NCBI GenBank assembly: GCA_031835245.2
Contig: JAVKOQ020000110.1
Location: 124,001 to 166,356, forward strand
Length of the DNA: 42,356 nucleotides
Direction of reading: 5' to 3'
Source: Balamuthia mandrillaris
Taxonomy: Eukaryota
Each line of letters opens with the position of its first letter. Within the stretch, counting starts at the first letter, position 1. Of this stretch, positions 35,289 through 42,356 are shown piece after piece. The notes under the pieces are model-generated. The model saw only the letters and a list, made by a program, of their open reading frames with translations, made no database searches and was not told the DNA's origin. Made by a program: the position numbers and the translations under genes.

Positions 35289-38184
35289 TATCTCTCTTTG
35301 GCTGCTTTCTTCCTACTTCTTTCATCTCTCTTCTTTCTTCTTGTTAGTCTTCTTGCCATTAACAGCCACTCTTTACATAGGGAGAAGCAATCAACCAGAA
35401 GGACCCAAGAGGAGACACAGTACTCCACATAGCCGTCAAACATAACCACTTTAGCCTCCTTCAAGAACTTCTCTCTCATCCTGACGTTGACACAAGCATT
35501 ATCAACAAAGCCGGGAGAACACCGTTCGCTCTTGCCAAGTTTATGGAAGATAAACAAAACTATACTAGAGCTCCTTCTCCATCTTCAGCATCCACTACCT
35601 CCCTCGTGCGACTGCTTGAGCAACATCAAACCAAAAAACAACAACAACAAAAAGTAAGTAATATGGACAATAGAAACGGAAGTAATGTTATCACCCATAA
35701 CTCCTCGTCTTCATCCGTTGCACCATCATCTGCTCCTTCTTCCACTTCACCGAGAGGAGCCTCTCCACCTCCAGTTCCATCAAAAGAACTAAAACATCAA
35801 GTTCCTCCTCCTTCTTCTCTTCCTACTCCCACAAAATCTCCATCGCCTCCCCCTTCCGCTACTCATTCTCTTACAGCTGCATCTTCTCCTGGTTTTGCTT
35901 TGTCCCGACCGACAAGGGCAACAATAACTAATAATCGGAAAAGAGTAGAACATGAGGATGACGATGAAGACTTGTTCTTCTTCACATCGTCATCAGCAAC
36001 ATCATCGTTAACAGCTGATCGAAGAACTTCGATTGAAGAACAGGCTTTTCTCTTTGGAGGAAAGGGAGGAGGATGTATAGGTGATCGTGTTCCCTCTCTC
36101 GAACAAAAGTGTTTGGAGTGCTTGGTTTCAGCGGTCACCGAACAACATCAGCAACATGAGGAAGAGGCTTTCCAAAGTTTGATCTCTCTTCTCAAAGAGT
36201 CAATTCGGAAGAAAAAGAAACAACAACAAAAGCAACAGCAGCAAAAACAACAACAACAAAAGCAGAATGTGAGACTAGAGGAGAAGAAAAACACGAAAGT
36301 CAAGACAAAGAAAGAGGGGAATAACAAGAAGAAGGAGAAAGGTAAAGAACGGAAAGGAAGAGATGAATGGTGGCGAAGATGGGGAACAGGAAAGAAAGAT
36401 GAAAAGAGGGCAAACTACATTCGAAAATTATCTTTTTCTTCTCTAGCAAAACGTCCAGAAGAAAATAAGGTTAACGCAGAAGTATACAAAGTAGAAGAAG
36501 AGGTGGAGGAAGAAGAAGAGATGGACGAGAAAGAGCAAGAAGAAGCCATCGCACCCTTGCTGCAAGCTTTGGAAGAGGCAAGATTGCTTCGCAAACACAC
36601 CAGAGTGGCCAGGAAAGTGGGCAAAGAATTGTCCTTCAAGATAGTGCTGTTAGGAGAGGAAGGAGTTGGCAAGACTTCGCTTTGTTACATGCTGCGTGAT
36701 GGCGTTTTTCCGATGCGAGTTCCTCCTGCCAATTGTGGTTTGTTTTTACTTTTTTTTTCTGTGTTTTATCATAATAACTGAGTTCTTTTTTTGTTCTCAC
36801 TTTTAGCTTTATTTTGGCATAAAACAATGCTTATTGATAAACATCGAGTGACGCTTGATCTTTGGGATACAGGTATGATCACTGCCTCTCTTCTCTCGCT
36901 CCTTTTATTAACTGAGCTTTTTCGAACAATAATTTACAACAACAAACAGCGGGAGAACAACGCTTTGACTCAATGTCGGCAATGTACTATCGAGGAATGG
37001 ATGCAGCCGTCGTTTTGTACAAGCCTTTCCAAGCTTCATCTTGGGTATCTTTCTCTCTCTCTCTCTCTCTCTCTGTTCCTCTCCATCAATTTGCCTAATG
37101 TTTTTTACCAAAGCAACGGTGTAGGTTTTGGGTGGAACATGTGAAAAAGCATTGTCCGCCAGAGACTGTCATCTTTCTTGTGGCAACGCAGGTCGATACT
37201 CTCGCCGAGAGTGTCCTCTCTTCCGCTTCTTCTTTGGCTGTTCCTCATTCGGTAAGTTCTTTTGCTCTTCTTTTGGCTCTATTCTGTCTTCTTGTTCTTC
37301 TTCTCCTCCTTCCTCTTCTTCCACTTTTCTCTTTTTAACGAGTTTCTTAACTTAATATGATGAGCAGATTGCACAGCAATACGTGCGAGAGAACAAGTTG
37401 CAAAATTGGGTTGCAGTCTCCAGTGTCGCTGACTTTAACGTTGATCATTTATTCATCTCTCTAGGTTCCTTTTTCTCTTTATCTCACTTTCCCCTCTTCC
37501 TCTTCCCGTGATTTACTTTTTCTCTCATCACATTCTCTCCTCTTCCTCCTTCTCCTTCTCTCTGTTTCTTCATCACAGCGAGATGTTTAGCCCATAGGAC
37601 AAAGTTGAGCGCTGTTCAAAGTTATATCAACAGTCAGCTCGTTCCAAAGACTCACTCCGCCCCGACTGTAAGCTTTGAAGAGGCTGCTATCGCAGCTGCC
37701 ACTTCTTCCGGCGAGATAGATACAACATCTCCATCACCTCCGCTGAGCAGCAACTCTTTGTCACCGATGTGGCAACCGGATACTGCCACTTCCTGTTGTA
37801 ACCAATGCAAAAACTATTTTACACTGCTTAGAAGGGTACCTTTCTCTCTTTTTTTTCTCTTTCCGCATTCTGTAAGCAAGCTGACTTCGCTTTTATTTTT
37901 GATTTAGCGGCATCATTGCAGGTAAGAACGGGAAGAGAACTGGAGAACGAGAAAGTGAGAGGAGGAGAGTGAGAGAGCAATGATTTCTAACAATTGATGT
38001 TATACGTAGGCGGTGCGGTCTTTTGTACTGTGGGGAATGCTCAAGCAAATACTCCAGCATTCCAGAGTTGGGCGTTTCGGACCTTGTGCGTGTGTGCGAT
38101 TCGTGTTTTGCCTTGTTGGCCGCTTCTTCGCCTGTCGGTGTTGTTACCTCTCTTTCCGAAGACGATTTCGTTCGTACACTCTAA
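34281..38184 (+). CDS. Ankyrin, low-complexity, Ras-superfamily GTPase and FYVE multidomain protein
   Basis: Ankyrin-like segments GNTLLHFLC and GDTVLHIA. GTPase motifs FKIVLLGEEGVGKTS, WDT|AGEQRF, YYRG and FLVATQVD. FYVE: WQPD..CNQC..FTLLRR|RHHCR|RCG..CGEC..RVCDSC. Stop at 38184. Confidence 0.8.
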
Positions 38185-38276
38185 TAGAACCTTTTTTCTT
38201 TTGCCTTGGTGAGTTTTTCTTGTTCCGTTCTCTTTTGCTTTGTCGTTCATTCCTTCTCTCTTCCTCCCGTTCTCTA

Positions 38277-39900
38277 TCATCTCTGCTTGACGGTGATTTG
38301 CGTGCTGCAATAAGGGCACGCTCCAAACAACGTATCAAAGGAGCGGTGCGTGGAGGGAATGCTCTGCAGCCACTCATAGAGGCAGTACTGATGGAAGGGT
38401 TTGCCGCAGCGTGCATTGTTGCAGACGATATCTGGGGTTTCTGTTTTGGTTGTTTGTTGTTTGTAGCTGTAACAAATGCCGCACTCCATGCTGAACTCTT
38501 GGCGAGTGGAGGTTTGGGGAGAGGGGAAGTGGAGCTCGAGGATCTGTTCTAGATTTTGTCTTGGTAGCTTTGCTTCATCCCTTTCCGTTGTAAAAGAACA
38601 CTTTGTTAAAGAAGAAGAAAGAAGAAAACACAAAAGCAAAAAAAGAAAAGATGTAAAACGAACCAATGATGAAGATTAGAGTTGAGTTTTTGTTGAAGAG
38701 GGCCAACGATGGCGTCCGGTCCCAGCAACCGGCACTCCGGCACTGCGAAAGGATGGCTTGGGTCTAAGTTCAACTGAAGTGAACAGTGATTACCTTTGTT
38801 TGAAGGTAAAATAAAATAAACAAGAGAACGGTTTACAAAGAAAGGAAGAAAGTAGGTAATGGAAATGTACCAGTAACAATGCGTCGCATAGTGGAAGAAT
38901 AGGAGGCATGGCCAGGATCAGGTTCCAATACCCATGTGTTATCATCAAAGTCATCCATCACTCGCCATAACGGTTGATAGTTTTCCAACGCCTTATTTAT
39001 TGTTAGTGTTCTTCTTTGTTTTTGTGCTTGTTCTTGTTCTTTTTGTTCTTCTTCTTCTTCTTCTGTTTCTTCTTCTTCTTCTTCTTCTTCTTCTTCTTCT
39101 TCTGCTTCTTCTTCGTATCAATACTAACCTGTTTAAACTGAACGAGAACGTGACTTAAGTTGCTGGTTTTGTGATGCCAGCGCAAAACAAGCGGTTGAGG
39201 CAGATCGGTCATGCACAGAGGAGCCGATTGAGGATGATCGGATGATAACCGTAAAGTTACGATATGAGTTCTTCCTTCCTCATCACTTTTATTAGTTGGT
39301 GGTTTTAGTAGTGAGTAGAAGAAAGACGAACAAGAGAGGAGGAGGAAACCTTTGTTGAAGTTTGAGACAAGTCATCGTGTCGTCAACCCAAAGTAAATGA
39401 TGCCAGCCGATGGCGTCCAGTTCTGCCACAACACGGCCATAGAATGATGGATCGACCGCACGTTCTTCGTTTGTCTCTTCTCTCACCACCCGTTCCTGTT
39501 TGTGTTGTGTTGTTTTAACGCTTAGTTTTGCTTTACGTTTCGTTTCTGTTTGATTCTCTGTTTCTGTTTGGGTTTCTTGTTGCTTGCTTTCTTTCTTTCT
39601 TTCTTTCTTTCTTGTCGTTTCTTTCTTTCTTTCTTTCTTGTCGTTTCTTTCTTGTCGTTTCTTGTCGTTTCTTTCTTGTCGTTTCTTTCCTTTCTTTCTT
39701 GTCGTTTCTTTCTTTCTTTCTTTCTTTCTTGTCGTTTCTTTCTTTCTTTCATTCATTCTTTCTTTCATTCTTTCTTTCTTTCATTCTTTCTTTCTTTCTT
39801 TCTTGTCGTTTCTTTCTTTCTTTCTTTCTTTCTTGTCGTTTCTTTCTTGTCGTTTCTTTCTTGTCGTTTCTTTCTTTCGTTTCTTTCTTGTCGTTTCTTT

Positions 39901-39944
<44 letters not shown>

Positions 39945-40834
39945 TTTCTTTCTTTCTTTTTCTTTTCTTTCCTTTCTTCCTTTCTTTTTCTTTCTTTCTT
40001 TCTTTCTTTCTTTTGTTTCTTTCTTTCTTTCTTTCTTCCTTTCCTTTCGTCGTTTCTTTCTTTCTTTCTTGTCGTTTCTTTCTTTCTTTCTTCTTGTCGT
40101 TTTTCGTCGGTTTGCAAAGAAGACGACACAAGGAATATACGTACAAGGATGTCTTTCAGCTCAACCAGAAAAGTCTCCACATCGGCGCTTTGTTTGAGTC
40201 TCTACATAGTTTAAACACAAAGAAGAAAGGAAGGAGAGATAGGAAGAAAGAGAGCATGAGAACAAGAGAAGCAAACAAACAAACAAACAAACAAACAAAC
40301 AAACAAACAAAAAAAAAAAGAAGAAGAAGAACAAGAAGAAGAACAAGAACAAGAACAAGAAAAAGAACAAGAAGAGGAAAGATTGACAACACACAACAAA
40401 AAAGCATTTACCTCTTTGATGACAGAAAGATGAGGAGAGAGTAGCAACCGCAAAGCCGGCTCACAAGAGACCTGTGCGTTGCTGAGGGTGCCGTGTTGAT
40501 GTCCTATGATTCCTTCAGCGCTCTCTTCTTCTGGCTCTTCTACACATAGCCGATAGTCTCTCCCCTTCAGTGCATTTATGGAGGGGGAAAAAAAGGTTAC
40601 TACCATTTCGTTTTCATCCTCCCTGAACAAAAAAAAAAAAGATAGGAAGAAAGCATCATTCCGTACAAGAACGGAAAGGAAGCCGTAGTAGCAGTTCCTT
40701 CTTCCCTTCTTTTCGTAGTTGTTTTCTTCTTTGTCGTTCGTTTCGCCAAGAGCCGTGGCACCAACGAGCAGCGGGACCACCAGCGGAAACGCCGTTGTTT
40801 TGCTGCTGCTGCTGCTGCTGCCTTCCCGTCTCAT
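38277..40834 (-). CDS. FANCL: E3 ubiquitin ligase FANCL
   Basis: ELF: YYGFLSV..FLVELKDIL. DRWD: ELDAIGW..DLP..WVLEP..RRIV..PECRLLG. RING: ECGICYSY..PDIVCNNARCGKPFHQYCLYEWL..FGACPYC. Confidence 0.95.
39585..40110. repeat. (TTTC)n array interspersed with TTTCTTGTCG units, in a FANCL intron
   Basis: About 500 bp of composite microsatellite. The same unit occurs at about 34760-35015. Confidence 0.9.
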
Positions 40835-40922
40835 TCTTTTGAATTTTTTAAATATTTCCAAGAAAAATTATAAATGATTACAGTGTTTGGGGAGTCGTTT
40901 TTTGTGACCAAGTGAAAAACCA

Positions 40923-41017
40923 GTCGACATAAAATGTGGGGTCGACACAAAAACAGCTATCTTCCATGGATAATGTCGACCTGTTTGAGGGTCCGAAAGG
41001 GGACTAAAAACGTCGAC
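40923..41017. promoter_or_regulatory. Cluster of four GTCGAC palindromes in the FANCL/OST48 divergent promoter
   Basis: GTCGAC at 40923, 40941, 40975 and 41012. Confidence 0.55.
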
Positions 41018-41218
41018 ATAAGAAATATTTTGTTTTTTTGGTTGGAAGAAAAAAAGAGAACGAAGTGCTCTCGATAAGCGGTCTGGGCTGTCTCCTTCTT
41101 CTTCGCTTCTTGATTGATTTTTTGTTCTTCTTCTTCTTTTTCTTCTTCCTGCCCTTTGAGAGAGAGATTGGAAAAAAAACAGATCGAGGTCATAGGAGAG
41201 GAATTAAAAACAAAAGAA

Positions 41219-42356
41219 ATGGCAGTTTCCAAGTTGCAAATCGTTCTCTTGGTGTTGGCCGCCTTTGCTCTTTGTGAGCTCTTCGCCGCTACCACCGCCG
41301 CTTCGGCCTCAGCGGCCAGAAAGAGAGGATTGGTGTTGTTGGACGACTTGAAGCTGCGCAACACTCACTCCCAGTTCTTTGGCGCTCTCTCCCACAAGTA
41401 CGACCTCTCCTTCTTCGAGTCGACCGATCCCGAGCTCGAGCTCAGCCGCTACGGCGTTTATCTCTATGACTTTATCGTCCTTTTTGCTCCTCGCACCATT
41501 CGTACGCCTCTTCTCTCTCGATCTCTCTATCACTTTTTCTTGTGCTCTCTCTCTCTCTCTTTGTTTATCAAACTAACGAACAAACAAAAAAACAAAAACA
41601 GAGTTTGGCGGCTCGATCAACGTGGATGCCATCCTCAACTTCATTGACGACGGACACTCCCTTCTCGTGGCCGTCAACAACGAGCTGGACGATCCCGTAC
41701 GCGAGGTGGCTCTTGAGTGCGGCGTACTCTACGGTGACGACGAGGGCTCCTTCCTGGTGGACCACTTTCATTTCGATCAAGGCGACTTTGACGGGGCTCA
41801 CACGCTCGTTGTAAGCCGCGTGCGAGAGGACGTTCCCTCTGTCATTACTAGCTCTTCTTCGAGCGCTCCTCTTTTGTTTAGAGGAGTGGGCGCATCTTTG
41901 GAGGCCGAGAACGAGCTGTTGATACGAGTGGCGGACGCTTACTCCACGAGCTACGTGCACTCTCCCTATGCGGAGGTGAAGAGCAGCAGTGGCAACTTGT
42001 TGAAGGGACGAGATATCTCCTTGATTGCGGCGCTTCAGGCTCGCAACAATGCTCGCGTGACGTTTGTTGGCTCTCTCGACTTTTTCTCGGATCGTTTCTT
42101 TGACAGTCCCGTTCAGCCATTTTCCTCCTCTTTGGAACAACAACAAAAATGGGAGAAGAGTGGAAACGAGGAGTTGGCGATGAACCTTGTGGCGTGGACC
42201 TTCGGAGAGAAGGGAGTATTGAGGTCCAGCAACCCAAGACACCATCTGGTGGGACACACGGAGCAGCCTTCTCTTTACACTATTCGTGATGAAGTGGTTC
42301 GTAATCATCGCATCTCCTCTGCTTTTCCTTAGTCAAAAATCTTTTTCTCTTGTTTC
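41219..42356 (+). CDS. WBP1: Oligosaccharyltransferase 48 kDa subunit (OST48/DDOST/WBP1), 3'-truncated
   Basis: Signal peptide. Motifs: LVLLDD..THSQFF, YGVYLYDFIVLFAP, FGGSINVDAILNFIDDG, ALQARNNARVTFVGSLDFFSD, SGNEELA..WTFGEKGVL and YTIRD. Confidence 0.95.

Noticed and set aside
39292..40444. Long FFLS/KKER ORFs, and a CRISPR-like look of the periodic TTGTCG units
   Set aside because: An intronic microsatellite with no unique spacers and no cas genes, in a eukaryotic context.
25915..40834. Apparent ubiquitin/proteostasis gene cluster (RHBDD1, CUE-LRR, F-box, BC-box GTPase, FANCL)
   Set aside because: These classes are abundant in eukaryotic genomes and act in different pathways. There is no evidence of co-regulation without synteny or expression data.

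Overview
Gene-dense eukaryotic DNA with many short spliceosomal introns full of simple-sequence repeats. It looks like a free-living amoebozoan (Balamuthia/Acanthamoeba-like), inferred from style only. Most long ORFs in the supplied track are microsatellite artefacts. By splicing manually I support about 19 genes: a tandem ABM-like protein (5'-truncated), a CPA2 cation/H+ antiporter, an HExxH protein, a claudin-like protein, two tandem BBE-like FAD oxidases, a Pro/Gly-rich protein, agmatine deiminase, V-ATPase c'', a Cdc15/STE11-like kinase with SH3, a large velvet/Rel-like plus IPT putative transcription factor, an RHBDD1-like rhomboid, a KHA-CUE-CUE-LRR-BC-box protein, a bacterial-type (alpha/alpha)6 protein, a tandem lamin-tail-domain protein, an intronless F-box/ankyrin gene with a decaying 3' end, an ankyrin-GTPase-FYVE protein, FANCL and OST48/WBP1 (3'-truncated). 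The best leads are the NF-kB-like architecture (velvet-like domain, NLS, IPT), the rod-less tandem LTD protein, two unusual BC-box multidomain proteins, a recurrent GTCGAC promoter palindrome, and several bacterial- or virus-type genes. All family calls come from motif recognition; no searches were run.
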